Source of the DNA: a virus
Strand: one strand, 5' to 3'
Length of the DNA: 64,000 bases
Virus record (IMG/VR): IMGVR_UViG_3300033388_000874
Location: 639 to 64,638 of that record
Part shown: piece by piece, positions 19,776-29,829 of the stretch
How positions within the stretch are numbered: the stretch's first letter is position 1
Layout: each line of letters begins with the position of its first letter
Notes under the pieces: model-generated
What the model was told of the DNA's origin: nothing
What the model saw: only the letters and a program-made list of their open reading frames with translations
Database searches by the model: none
Made by a program: the position numbers and the translations under genes

Positions 19776-22700
19776 TGTCAATCGCAGGTTTAGAGGATTA
19801 TCTGAATCGAGAGTTCGGTGAGCTAGACGAAGGAAGTCTGGAGCGCCAAACTGGTCGACGTGCAGATCGTCTTCTCGCAGAAGCACCAAGTTCAGCCTCC
19901 ACCACCGAAGTAGCGTCTGGTATCCCTGAGTGGAATCCGCCTGCTTCGGGTGGCGGTGGTCTTGACGACAATGCGGGACTCGGTGACGCAGCCAAGTTGT
20001 TCGCGGCTGGCAGTGTCGGTGTCGGTGAAGCTGTTGTTGGTGCTGGTGAGTATCTGGCGCGTCAGAATAAATTCACTCGCGGTACATTCGTTCAGGAAGG
20101 TCTAGGGGCTGCACGTAAAAGTATCGGCGGTTTCCGTGAGGCTATTATTGAGAGCGTCGACCCTGATGCAATGGATCGTGTTGGCCGTGAGTGGCTGAGT
20201 ACCGATCCGAGCAATACGATCTGGCAGGGTAGCCCTGTTGAGTTTGCGTCATCTGTTGGGATGAAGATGGCGCAGATGCTTCCATCCACACTCGCCACAC
20301 TTGCACCAGCAGCGGTATGGTTCCGTGGAGCGCAAGCCGGTAAAGCTCTTGCATACATGGGCGCGTCCGAAGCTGGCATCACAATGGGCAGCATCGCCAA
20401 TGGAATCTCAGATGAGATCGAGCAGACTCCCCACGAAGACCTAATGGCAGGGTCGCAGCGGTATAAAGTCATATACGGACAATTGGGTGACGAAGACGCT
20501 GCCAAAGACCAACTCATTACTGAGGCGCAGGGTGCAACACCAGCAGCCGCCGCCGCTTTCGTCGCTGCCATATCTATTACAGCCGGTCGCTATCTTGAAC
20601 CCGTGTTCCTCAAGACAGGTACACTCGGTCGATTCGGAGGCAAGGGTGGACTAGGAGCCGGTCAGCGAGTTGGGCGGGGCTTCCTTGCCGAAGCTGCACA
20701 GGAAGGCCCGCAGAGTGCAGGTGAGCAGCTTGCGACGAATATGTCGGCCAAGCTATACGATGAGAATAGGAACCTCTCAGAAGGCGTAGCAGAGGCTTCT
20801 GTTGAAGGTGCCATCATGGGTGGCCTGACAGGTGGTGCATTCACTGGAGCTATGGGCCAACGGCCTACAGCCCCGCCACCCCCACCCGTTGTCGAGGAAG
20901 GAGGCCAACAAGGTCTACCGGGTTTCGGCCCACAGGTTCGTGAGGAAGGGTTCGGTATTGAGCCGGAAGGCTATCGCGGCGATCCCAACCCACAGGAACA
21001 GTACGTTCCAGACACAGGTATGGGACTCCAGACAGAGTTCTTCCCTGATCCGGGTACGACGGAAGCCGTCATGGTTCCCGAGGAACAAGCACCGGGACAA
21101 GGAGTCCTGCCGCTGGGCATTGCTGGTACTGAGTCGTTGGCCGAGCGCGGCCCCGATCACCGTACACTCCAAGAGGGTGACATCGTACCTGACGAGATGG
21201 ATCAGCCTACCGCTGAGCCTGTCGAGGATATTCAGGCGCAGCTTGCAGACATGAAGGGTGCAAGTGGCCGCAGTGCGGTATACGTGTCACCAGCACAACG
21301 CAACGACAACTACCAGATTCCGAAGGGTGCGGTAGAAATCCGTAACTTCGATGGCAAGGGCGGTACGCTCATTGCTAAGAACCAAGCCGCTGCCGATCAT
21401 GCGCGCAAGATACGTGCTAGTGGTGGATCGATGCAGGCCATTATCGGTGAACTGACGATGGCTGGCGCAGGCAAACCAAACGTCAGAGCCGGATACGCAG
21501 TGCAGTTGGTTGATGAATCTGGCGCAGTGGCACGTGAGTCTTTGGTACGTACGAAGGCAGAGGCCACCGCGCTTGAGAAGCAGTGGGCACCGGACGGTAC
21601 GACACGTGTGTTGTCAGGGCCAGAAGCACTAGCGCGGCGTGGCGCGAAGATCGAGGAGGAGCAGCTTAACCTACGTACGGAAGACCCGGCACTGGTTGAC
21701 GAAGCAACACCTGATATGTTCGCACCGGGTCAGGCACCAACGCTCACAGCCGCCGAGAACCAGTCGGAGGGCGGTGCGTTCCAAGTCCAAATGAAAGACG
21801 ATGCCGGTAACGAGATCGTCACTGAAACTTTCGACACAGTGGAGGAGGCAGAAGCACGGGCAGATGAACTCGCTAAAGACTTTCCAGATGGGAACATTAC
21901 ATCCAAGCAACTGCGGGTGGAGGCAGCACCCGATAAGGCTGGCCTCTCTACTACGAAGCGTGTACCGAAGAAGGTACTTAAGGGGCCACCTGAAGGCCCG
22001 CCGACAGGTATGGATAAGCCAGAAGTGTCGACAGAACGTACACGTCCCCCGGAAGTGTCGATAGCACCGGAAGAATTCGACGAGACACAATCCGTCAAGG
22101 ACATTGAAAACCTCCCAGACTTCAGGGCACATTACAGCGTTATCACCGAGGAAGCGCAGCCGAACAAAACGACGAAGGTTGTGGAGACACGTGAGTCCCG
22201 CAAGTTCACCAGTAGGCAGCAGGCCCGATCATACGCAACACGTATGACGAATAAGGCAAGGGCGGCTGCACCAAAAGACTTCGATGTTACGGAAGGCAAG
22301 GTTGACGCGGTTGAATCGCCCGAGCTTGAGGGCCAGTTCGCGTCGGCGTTGCAGTCGAGAGCGGATCGTAAGCAGGAGACAACTGCCGAGGAAGAAGGCA
22401 AGAAGGTCGGCCACTTCATAAGCGATAAAGCCGTCTCCACCACTGGGGAAGGAGTTACCGACACGAGCAGGCAACTGACTGCTGAGTATCGTGCGCAGAA
22501 CACCAGCCCATCACAGAAGGTTCAATTCATACGTCGTGAACGTGCGTCGGTGTTACGCCGTCGTGCGCCGGTCAAGAATGTTGGTGCCGCCAAAGCGACC
22601 ACCGTCAAGAAAGGCGGCGGTACACAAGAGACAGAGACTAAGGCGCTGACCTATGAAACGGTAAGCGGCGAGGAGACAACCGAACAAACTACCAAGCGGA

Positions 22701-25700
22701 AAGCGGTAGTCAAGGAAGCTAACACACGTTTGAGATTCGCTTTGAATCGTGCGAAGAAATTCCTCGACCGATTCGATACTACCGGTGAGTACGGAACGTA
22801 CGTTGCAGATAATACGAATGTGGATGGCACATTGACACAAGCGGCCCGTGATTTCATGGCGGCTCGTGCGGTACTACACGAACTCGCCGACTTCGCAAAT
22901 TCAGCACTCGCATCTGGAAACACGAGCAACGCCCACGCAAAGATGGCGAAGAAGGTTGCTATCGCATTGGAGCGGGTGAAGCTCGGCAAGATGACTCCGC
23001 AGTTGTTCGCGAAAGAGTTTAGCGCGGTCGCCGAGTCAACAGACTATAAGATGTTGAGGAACGTACCTGCTCGCTTCAAAGAGTCTGCCACGGTGCGCGA
23101 CAAGAAGATCACCAAGAGCAACAACGAACGCCACAATGCGAACGTGCGTCAGGATCGCTTGGAGAATAAGTGGGGTAAGGACAAGATTTGGACAGAGAAT
23201 GTCGGCCCCATATTCCGTAAGTTCAGCGACGCAATGCTATCAGGTATGCGGTTGCAGTCGGGTGCGATAACCCCCTACTACAACCCAACGCTGCTTGAGA
23301 TTGAGGGGCTGCGATATGCTCTACGCACGTTCCGCAAGATGACCCAGCGGTATCCGACGAGTGAGTTCTACACACCTGTTAAGGAACAGCTTGAGTACTA
23401 CGGCTTTGAGTTCGATGCCAGTGGTGATGTCATCGTACAAGATTTTAGCCCGAGCGAGAACTTGCTGGGTTCCAGCTTCATCGAGAAGCATGGTGTATCG
23501 AAGAAAGCTGCTGGGGAAATTAGTGGTACTGGCCCAGTTCGCACAGATGTAATCGTGACACCTGATTCGACAGCGGTGCGCGGTGCGCGTGACAAGGCTG
23601 ATAAGGTTAAAGCGGTCAGTGGAATCAACATGGCGAACGCCTTGCTTGAGAAATTACAGGGTATGGTTTATACCGCGAAAGTCACAATTAACGGTATAAA
23701 GCGTCAGGAGCAGCGATTCATACGCGGGCTTAGAAAGCTCGGCGCATGGACAGATACGTCTCCCGGCATGGGAAAGATCAGTTTTGGTGGGTATGCGAGC
23801 AGAACGTACCGTCTGGTTGGCCCGAGGTTGGACAATCGCACCATGAGTAAGGGGGAGGCCAAGGGTGCAATTGAGCATTTGAAGCGTTTTGCGATGCCTC
23901 GCGAATTAGCGGCATTGGCCCGTTCGCAGCAGAATGTTGACGCTGCCAGTAACATCGACGAATTCATAGATACTAACAGCACGGAGTTCTTTTTAGAAGA
24001 ATTGAAACTCGAAGAAAATTCACCAGCCCTTGACAATGCTGCCAGTACTGTGGGTGACATTATCCGCGACAAGTACTCGGCGGCGTCGATCAACGATGTA
24101 CTCGATGCCATCATTGAGCAATTACCATCTGACCACTTCTATCATCGGTTAGCAGTGAAACTTCGTTCGCTGGGTATGGCGGATGTGACGTTGCAGTACG
24201 ACTGGACTGGTTCAAAATTCCACGGTAAGAAACGCAACCATCTCGGCATGTTTGATCCGAGTACCAACCGTGCGTATCTGAACCGGCGCAAGATGCTCGA
24301 TGACATGGATGTGATGTCAGGTAGCAAGGCTATCCACACCATGCTCCATGAAATGCTCCACGCTGCCACGCACAATGCGTTGGCTCATAGCTGGCCCCTA
24401 CGCAACCAGATGTTCCAGATACGTGCTGCCGCTTACCACCAGTGGGTGAAGGCAAACGGCAAGAAGAACCTACCTATAGGTTTGCGGCTTACTGATAGTC
24501 AGGGCAATCCCGCACCTGTTGATGAATTCGTTGTGGAAGTGTTTTCCGATGAAAACTTGCAGGATCACCTTCGCAACACGCCTGTAGAATTGGAAGGGTC
24601 GGCAACTGGCCTATCCGCCGCGTGGTCGAAGATCAAAGACGTACTTATCGAGATTCTGGGATGGGGTAACGTACCCGAAGTCCGTAACCTACTCGACGGA
24701 TTCATGGCTACCGCCGATGAAGTATTTTCTCAGGCAGGGGTTGCGCGTGAAGGTTCGGACGTACTCAATCTTGAATTGTATGACACACAACTTGGGAACG
24801 TCGCACGATCTGCATGGGATAAGATCAGCCAGCACAGCAGCATTGTCCAACGTGTGAAAGATGCAGGTGGGTCAGTTTTACGTAATATCCAGACGCTTGA
24901 GCAGTTCGTCGAGAACTACGCCAAGGAGTTCGTGGCAGATGGTAAGTCGATGCTCCAGCAGTACAGTGATGCATTCAACGCTCGTAACGCGAGAGCTAGT
25001 GAGTACATGAACGTGCCACAGGCTATCTCGCAGCAGTGGACGAAGTTGGAAGAAACTGACCCTGCCGGTGCGCTGGAACTTAGTCGCATCGGTACGGTAG
25101 CATCATTGAATCGTGTCACTGCCGCTGAAGCACCTGAAGACGGTAACGCGACTCACGCTGACATACACGCCCGTTACAATGCGTTATCAGCCGAAGCGAA
25201 GAAGGTCTACCAAGCCACGACAAAATACTATACCGAAGCATCCCAGCGCGAGCATATGTTCCTGCTCCAGTCGGCACTGCGCGGTATTATGACGAACAAG
25301 CAAGGTATCGGCATTGACCTCGACGTATTCGAGTCGAAGTTCAACGTCGCAGAGCTTGGCAAGATCGAGTCACGTGAAGACTTATCCAACATGATCGGGG
25401 AATACGTACCCGAAGAAGCGCGGTCTGAGATGATCGACCAGCTTTACAGAATGTCTGTCGTTCCACGGCAGCAGAAAGGCGACTACTTCCCTGCCATGCG
25501 TTACGGGGATGAGGTCGTGTATGCAGAGAAGTTAGCGCAGGAACAAATTTTTGAGGATCGCAAAGAAGCATGGGGTGTTCGCGCAGAGATAGCTGCCACA
25601 GACCCGACGCTTGACGTACAGATGTTGAAGACCGACGATGGAATGTGGGCCGTACGTACGTTCGAGCGCGAGTTTGTTATGGCTGAATCAGTGAGTGAGA

Positions 25701-27805
25701 TTGAGGAAGCTCACGCCCGGCTGGTACAGGAGTACGGAGCCGAGAATGTGTTCGACCCGCAGAAGCGTCGGAGCAAGCAGACCGATATCGATATCGGATC
25801 GAACCAAGCACTGAACAGCATTATCAAAACGCTAGACGGTAATCCCGCAGCGCAGGCAGCAATCAAAAACCTCTACCTTCGTAGTCTAAGCGAGGCTTCC
25901 TTCCGCAAGCACGAGATGAAGCGGAAGAACCGGCGCGGTCTGAACTATGACGTACAACACAGGAACCTTGCCGCCTACGCGAAGCAGGCTTCCTACTACA
26001 CTGCCCAGCTTGAGTTCGGCTGGAAGATGGCTGAATCCCTCAAGGGAATGGACGCTTTCGTGAGTCGCCGTCAGGCTGGCCCGAAAGACACGCCAACCCG
26101 TAAACTGCGAGCGATTGTCAATCACCTCCATGACCGAGATCAAATGTCCGTCGATCTTCCAGACATACAGCAGCTAGTTCGCAAGGGTGTCGAGTACACG
26201 CACTTCTTCATGCTTACGTCGCCGTCGTACTGGGCGATCAACGCCACACAGCCTTGGTTGGTGACAGCACCGACGATGGCTGGCCGTCATGGTTGGGGGC
26301 AGACAATCGCAGCACTGGGCGCGGTACAGAAGCTCATCAAGGCACCGCTGATCCAGCAGGCCGGAAGCTCCAAGGGTGGGTTCGCCGCGTTCTTCAAGGG
26401 CGGTAAGTCTAAGCTCGAAGATGCGTTTGATGTGATACACCAGTTGGAAACCCATATTAGAGAGAACGCGCCGTCGCAGGCGGATGAGTACATCGCCCTG
26501 CTTGAGACACTGCGTTCCAGACACATAATTGATATCAACGTCTTCACAGAGATGCGTGACCAAGCAGCCGGTAAGTCACAGAGCGCGGCTGATAAAACTA
26601 TTGACGCCTCACGTATCATGGCCCATCTGACCGAGGTCAATAACCGCGTTCTTACCGCCCTGTCAGCCTATCAGCTTGAGATCAATGCAGGCTCTACGGT
26701 TGAGGAAGCGACGAAGTACGCAGGTGACATGGTGTCGCAGACGCAGTTCAATTACTCCAGTGCTAACAAGCCGCCGCTGTTTCAGGCTGGTGGGCCGTTG
26801 GGTGGAGTCGCACCACTCATGTTCCAATTCATGCAGTGGCCTCAACATATGTATGCGCATCTCATCCGCAACTATCGCGGCATGGTTGACGCGGGCATTA
26901 TGGAGCGATCTGAAGCACGATCAGCGTTGCTCGGATTACTGGGAACACACGTTGCCGTTGGTGGCATGGTGGGTATGACGCTCCAGCCGATCAAATGGGC
27001 CATCGGCTTCACAATGATGGCGCTGGGCGATGACGACGAGCCGTACACATTTGCCAATGCGGTGAATGGTCGGACGGCGGATCGACTGATGACCGGAGCT
27101 ATGGACGACCTGTTTGGAACTACAGCAGCAACTTTCATCGCGAAGGGCATCCCCGCTGGCCTCGGCATCGACCTGTCCACTCGTATGAGTATGGGCACTG
27201 TCTATTTCGTGGACTTGCGCGGTGACACTGCCGAGAGCAACATCGGTAGCATCGTAGCCAGCTTCGGCGGTGCGACGCTGAACCAAGCCGTCAATCTGGC
27301 GCGGGGCATGGGGCGGATAGCTGAAGGTGACATAATGCGTGGTGTCGAGCAGATGAGTCCGAAGATTGCACGAGACTTCTTGCGGTCAATTCGGTACTAT
27401 AATGAAGGACTTGTGAATAATGCTGGTGATACAGTCATTCCAACGAGCGAGATGGGCTACGGCCAAATCGTTCCGCAGATACTCGGGTTTGCACCAACTG
27501 ATGTAGCCCAGTTCTACGAAGCGCAAAACGCCATCAAGGACGCAGAATCATTTGCACGTGACCGTAAGGAAGAATTATTGAAGCAGTTCCGACTGGCCGA
27601 GTCGGGTGAACGTCAGCAGGTTTTGAGCGAAGTACGGAGTTTTAATAAAGCGTTCCCTGTGGAACGCATTACATACTCGACGCTGCTATCGAACGTGAAA
27701 GGCAAGAAGGTACGCGAATCGAGATTCAGACGCTACGGAGCAAATATCGATGAGAAAAAAGCAAGGTTCTACAAAAGACACGGCGACCCCTTCCGCGAAG
27801 ACTAA
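19775..27805 (+). CDS. giant (2676 aa) virion/ejected multidomain protein with zincin-like HExxH motif (polyvalent-protein-like)
   Basis: single uninterrupted 8-kb ORF; 'SGSKAIHTMLHEMLHAATHNALAHSW' HExxH metallopeptidase-like signature in the middle; Gly-rich N-terminus, long charged segments; position just after other ejected-protein candidates. Confidence 0.55.
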   Translation: MSIAGLEDYLNREFGELDEGSLERQTGRRADRLLAEAPSSASTTEVASGIPEWNPPASGGGGLDDNAGLGDAAKLFAAGSVGVGEAVVGAGEYLARQNKFTRGTFVQEGLGAARKSIGGFREAIIESVDPDAMDRVGREWLSTDPSNTIWQGSPVEFASSVGMKMAQMLPSTLATLAPAAVWFRGAQAGKALAYMGASEAGITMGSIANGISDEIEQTPHEDLMAGSQRYKVIYGQLGDEDAAKDQLITEAQGATPAAAAAFVAAISITAGRYLEPVFLKTGTLGRFGGKGGLGAGQRVGRGFLAEAAQEGPQSAGEQLATNMSAKLYDENRNLSEGVAEASVEGAIMGGLTGGAFTGAMGQRPTAPPPPPVVEEGGQQGLPGFGPQVREEGFGIEPEGYRGDPNPQEQYVPDTGMGLQTEFFPDPGTTEAVMVPEEQAPGQGVLPLGIAGTESLAERGPDHRTLQEGDIVPDEMDQPTAEPVEDIQAQLADMKGASGRSAVYVSPAQRNDNYQIPKGAVEIRNFDGKGGTLIAKNQAAADHARKIRASGGSMQAIIGELTMAGAGKPNVRAGYAVQLVDESGAVARESLVRTKAEATALEKQWAPDGTTRVLSGPEALARRGAKIEEEQLNLRTEDPALVDEATPDMFAPGQAPTLTAAENQSEGGAFQVQMKDDAGNEIVTETFDTVEEAEARADELAKDFPDGNITSKQLRVEAAPDKAGLSTTKRVPKKVLKGPPEGPPTGMDKPEVSTERTRPPEVSIAPEEFDETQSVKDIENLPDFRAHYSVITEEAQPNKTTKVVETRESRKFTSRQQARSYATRMTNKARAAAPKDFDVTEGKVDAVESPELEGQFASALQSRADRKQETTAEEEGKKVGHFISDKAVSTTGEGVTDTSRQLTAEYRAQNTSPSQKVQFIRRERASVLRRRAPVKNVGAAKATTVKKGGGTQETETKALTYETVSGEETTEQTTKRKAVVKEANTRLRFALNRAKKFLDRFDTTGEYGTYVADNTNVDGTLTQAARDFMAARAVLHELADFANSALASGNTSNAHAKMAKKVAIALERVKLGKMTPQLFAKEFSAVAESTDYKMLRNVPARFKESATVRDKKITKSNNERHNANVRQDRLENKWGKDKIWTENVGPIFRKFSDAMLSGMRLQSGAITPYYNPTLLEIEGLRYALRTFRKMTQRYPTSEFYTPVKEQLEYYGFEFDASGDVIVQDFSPSENLLGSSFIEKHGVSKKAAGEISGTGPVRTDVIVTPDSTAVRGARDKADKVKAVSGINMANALLEKLQGMVYTAKVTINGIKRQEQRFIRGLRKLGAWTDTSPGMGKISFGGYASRTYRLVGPRLDNRTMSKGEAKGAIEHLKRFAMPRELAALARSQQNVDAASNIDEFIDTNSTEFFLEELKLEENSPALDNAASTVGDIIRDKYSAASINDVLDAIIEQLPSDHFYHRLAVKLRSLGMADVTLQYDWTGSKFHGKKRNHLGMFDPSTNRAYLNRRKMLDDMDVMSGSKAIHTMLHEMLHAATHNALAHSWPLRNQMFQIRAAAYHQWVKANGKKNLPIGLRLTDSQGNPAPVDEFVVEVFSDENLQDHLRNTPVELEGSATGLSAAWSKIKDVLIEILGWGNVPEVRNLLDGFMATADEVFSQAGVAREGSDVLNLELYDTQLGNVARSAWDKISQHSSIVQRVKDAGGSVLRNIQTLEQFVENYAKEFVADGKSMLQQYSDAFNARNARASEYMNVPQAISQQWTKLEETDPAGALELSRIGTVASLNRVTAAEAPEDGNATHADIHARYNALSAEAKKVYQATTKYYTEASQREHMFLLQSALRGIMTNKQGIGIDLDVFESKFNVAELGKIESREDLSNMIGEYVPEEARSEMIDQLYRMSVVPRQQKGDYFPAMRYGDEVVYAEKLAQEQIFEDRKEAWGVRAEIAATDPTLDVQMLKTDDGMWAVRTFEREFVMAESVSEIEEAHARLVQEYGAENVFDPQKRRSKQTDIDIGSNQALNSIIKTLDGNPAAQAAIKNLYLRSLSEASFRKHEMKRKNRRGLNYDVQHRNLAAYAKQASYYTAQLEFGWKMAESLKGMDAFVSRRQAGPKDTPTRKLRAIVNHLHDRDQMSVDLPDIQQLVRKGVEYTHFFMLTSPSYWAINATQPWLVTAPTMAGRHGWGQTIAALGAVQKLIKAPLIQQAGSSKGGFAAFFKGGKSKLEDAFDVIHQLETHIRENAPSQADEYIALLETLRSRHIIDINVFTEMRDQAAGKSQSAADKTIDASRIMAHLTEVNNRVLTALSAYQLEINAGSTVEEATKYAGDMVSQTQFNYSSANKPPLFQAGGPLGGVAPLMFQFMQWPQHMYAHLIRNYRGMVDAGIMERSEARSALLGLLGTHVAVGGMVGMTLQPIKWAIGFTMMALGDDDEPYTFANAVNGRTADRLMTGAMDDLFGTTAATFIAKGIPAGLGIDLSTRMSMGTVYFVDLRGDTAESNIGSIVASFGGATLNQAVNLARGMGRIAEGDIMRGVEQMSPKIARDFLRSIRYYNEGLVNNAGDTVIPTSEMGYGQIVPQILGFAPTDVAQFYEAQNAIKDAESFARDRKEELLKQFRLAESGERQQVLSEVRSFNKAFPVERITYSTLLSNVKGKKVRESRFRRYGANIDEKKARFYKRHGDPFRED

Positions 27806-29393
27806 GAACAAGAAGTGTCCGAAGTGCAAGCGACACGCACTGCGTAAGGATGGCTTCACTCCTTCAGGCAAACAACGCTGGGCATGCTCCCGCAGACGCG
27901 ACGGTGATAGGGTACTGTGTTACTCGACTACCGATCCTGACGCACCGTATCGCGATCAGGGAAGTGCTGCCAAAGAACCTGATGAGAATCCACGGTTCGC
28001 TCGGAAGCTGTCGGGCATCAAACGATTCATTATTACGTCAGCGCAAAATGCAACGCCAATACACGATGGCTTCTTCGCATCGCTGATGAACTACTGCGAC
28101 TACAATGAGGCCGAACTCGTTGTCATCCCGCTACGATACAAGAACGTCACGTCACGCTGGCCGCAGTCGCAAGAGAATGCGGAGGTATGGGACACGGCTC
28201 TCGCGCCATACCTATATAACCAGCGCAAGAAACTCAACGAGAATCTGGTACTGGTCGGCGACGTTAAGACGCAGCCCACTGCCATGTCCCCACTGTCGCG
28301 GTTCGACTCACTCACCGGCCCCGAGTCAGGCATCATCGGCCACACCAAGATACAGATGAAGACCATCGCGGTTCCTGCCGGACGGTACCCGAAAATCCTG
28401 ATGACGACTGGTGCTTGCACCGTCAAGAATTACACCGACACGAAGGCTGGCAAGGTTGGCGAATTCCATCACAGCTTAGCCGCTGTTGTCGTAGAGATCA
28501 TCGGTAAGAAGTTCTTTGTCAGACACGTGATTGGAACTCAGGATGGATCGTTCATCGATCTACAGCGTGAGTACACACCGAGCGGTGTCGCCACTGCTGA
28601 CCCAGCTTTGGCACTCGTGTTTGGAGACACCCATAGAGCGTTCATCGACAAGAAGGTCGAGAAGGTCACTTATGCTCCGGGCGGCATGGTCGACGTACTG
28701 AACCCCGAACACCTTGTATTCCACGACCTCCATGACGGATATGCGAGGAACCCCCACCACCGGGCAAACCCATTCAATGAGATCGCCAAGCGTACCGCGT
28801 CAATGCATGACGTGAAGTGCGAGGTCATCGAGGATGTGATGTGGCTGGCCCGAGTGATTGGTAAGCGGAAGGGGATCGTCGTATCGAGTAACCATGACGA
28901 CTTCTTCTCCCGCTGGATACTCGACTGCGACTGGCGGCGTGACCCGGACAATGCTGACTTCTATCTGGAGACTGCCCTTGAAATGGTGCGCTCGGTCAAG
29001 ATGACTGAGAGCGGCACCAGCTATGTCGACCCATTCGTTTATTGGGTGGAGAAGCTGAAGGGCACTGCACCGATACGCTGTCTTGGCCGTGACGAGTCGT
29101 TCACCCTCGGCGGTGTCGAGCTATCACTTCATGGAGATCAGGGGCCAAACGGCTCCAGAGGCTCCCGTACTAACCTCCGACGCATCGGTGTCAAGACCAT
29201 CGTAGGACACAGCCACAGCCCCGGTATCGAGGAAGGCTGTTACCAGAGCGGCACGAGTACCCCACTGAAGTTGGAGTACAACACCGGCCCCTCAAGCTGG
29301 CTGCAAGCACACGTAGTCCTGTATGCGAATGGTAAGCGAGCGATCCTGCCAATTATCGATGGGCAGTGGTGCTTCGATGACAGTAGGAAGTGA
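27750..29393 (+). CDS. Zn-ribbon + calcineurin-like metallophosphoesterase fusion protein
   Basis: 547 aa; N-terminal C4 ribbon 'CPKCKRHALRKDGFTPSGKQRWACSRRR' (IS1595/transposase-type Zn ribbon pattern); C-terminal MPP motifs GDTHR (I), HDLHDG (II-like), SSNHDD (III), LHGDQG (V), GHSHSPG (VI); the track start overlaps the giant ORF by 56 nt. Confidence 0.6.
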   Translation: MRKKQGSTKDTATPSAKTKNKKCPKCKRHALRKDGFTPSGKQRWACSRRRDGDRVLCYSTTDPDAPYRDQGSAAKEPDENPRFARKLSGIKRFIITSAQNATPIHDGFFASLMNYCDYNEAELVVIPLRYKNVTSRWPQSQENAEVWDTALAPYLYNQRKKLNENLVLVGDVKTQPTAMSPLSRFDSLTGPESGIIGHTKIQMKTIAVPAGRYPKILMTTGACTVKNYTDTKAGKVGEFHHSLAAVVVEIIGKKFFVRHVIGTQDGSFIDLQREYTPSGVATADPALALVFGDTHRAFIDKKVEKVTYAPGGMVDVLNPEHLVFHDLHDGYARNPHHRANPFNEIAKRTASMHDVKCEVIEDVMWLARVIGKRKGIVVSSNHDDFFSRWILDCDWRRDPDNADFYLETALEMVRSVKMTESGTSYVDPFVYWVEKLKGTAPIRCLGRDESFTLGGVELSLHGDQGPNGSRGSRTNLRRIGVKTIVGHSHSPGIEEGCYQSGTSTPLKLEYNTGPSSWLQAHVVLYANGKRAILPIIDGQWCFDDSRK

Positions 29394-29829
29394 CCAAGCA
29401 CTCTATGCTTTAGAAGAAGGCTTTAGTGGTTCAACGGGTCACAGCACGTCCACGCGGTCGCAGCTTGACAGCTTGGCCGCTGACGTGTGTTTCTACTACG
29501 GCACTGCCGTACCAAACATCCGGTTCATCAACACCCGAAGAAACACCCACGCAGCTTGGTTCGACCATGAGGTAGTTCTGAACAGAGCTAGGGAAGGTGC
29601 AAATGGTATGACGCTGCTGCACGAGTTGGCGCACTACTTAACTGATGAATTCTATACAGGTGTTGAGCATCACGGGCCAGAGTTCGTCGCGATCTACATG
29701 CACCTTCTAGATAGGTGGAAGTACCTACCCAATAAATGCTTCAGATTACTGGCAAAGCAAAACCGCCTCAAGATCGGGCGGCGCTACAGGCCCATCGCAT
29801 TTAGAACTGGAAGACGATCCGTAGATTAA
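29377..29829 (+). CDS. small HExxH zinc metallopeptidase-like protein (SprT/ImmA-like)
   Basis: ATG at 29377 overlapping the upstream stop region (track extends to 29323); 'GMTLLHELAHYLTDEFYTGVEHHGPEF' HExxH...H motif; the last 29 nt overlap the convergent OMP gene. Confidence 0.45.
   Translation: MTVGSDQALYALEEGFSGSTGHSTSTRSQLDSLAADVCFYYGTAVPNIRFINTRRNTHAAWFDHEVVLNRAREGANGMTLLHELAHYLTDEFYTGVEHHGPEFVAIYMHLLDRWKYLPNKCFRLLAKQNRLKIGRRYRPIAFRTGRRSVD

Noticed and set aside
19775-27805. Giant ORF as a tape-measure protein or an N4-like virion RNA polymerase
   Set aside because: Gene order (after the tail fibres and lysis genes), the absence of long heptad or tandem-repeat structure, and the presence of an HExxH motif argue against a tape-measure protein. 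I could not find the T7-like RNAP motifs A/B/C (DFSxxE..., RxxxKxxxxGxxYG, HDS/HDE) by eye. The RNAP idea is therefore unsupported, though not strictly excluded.
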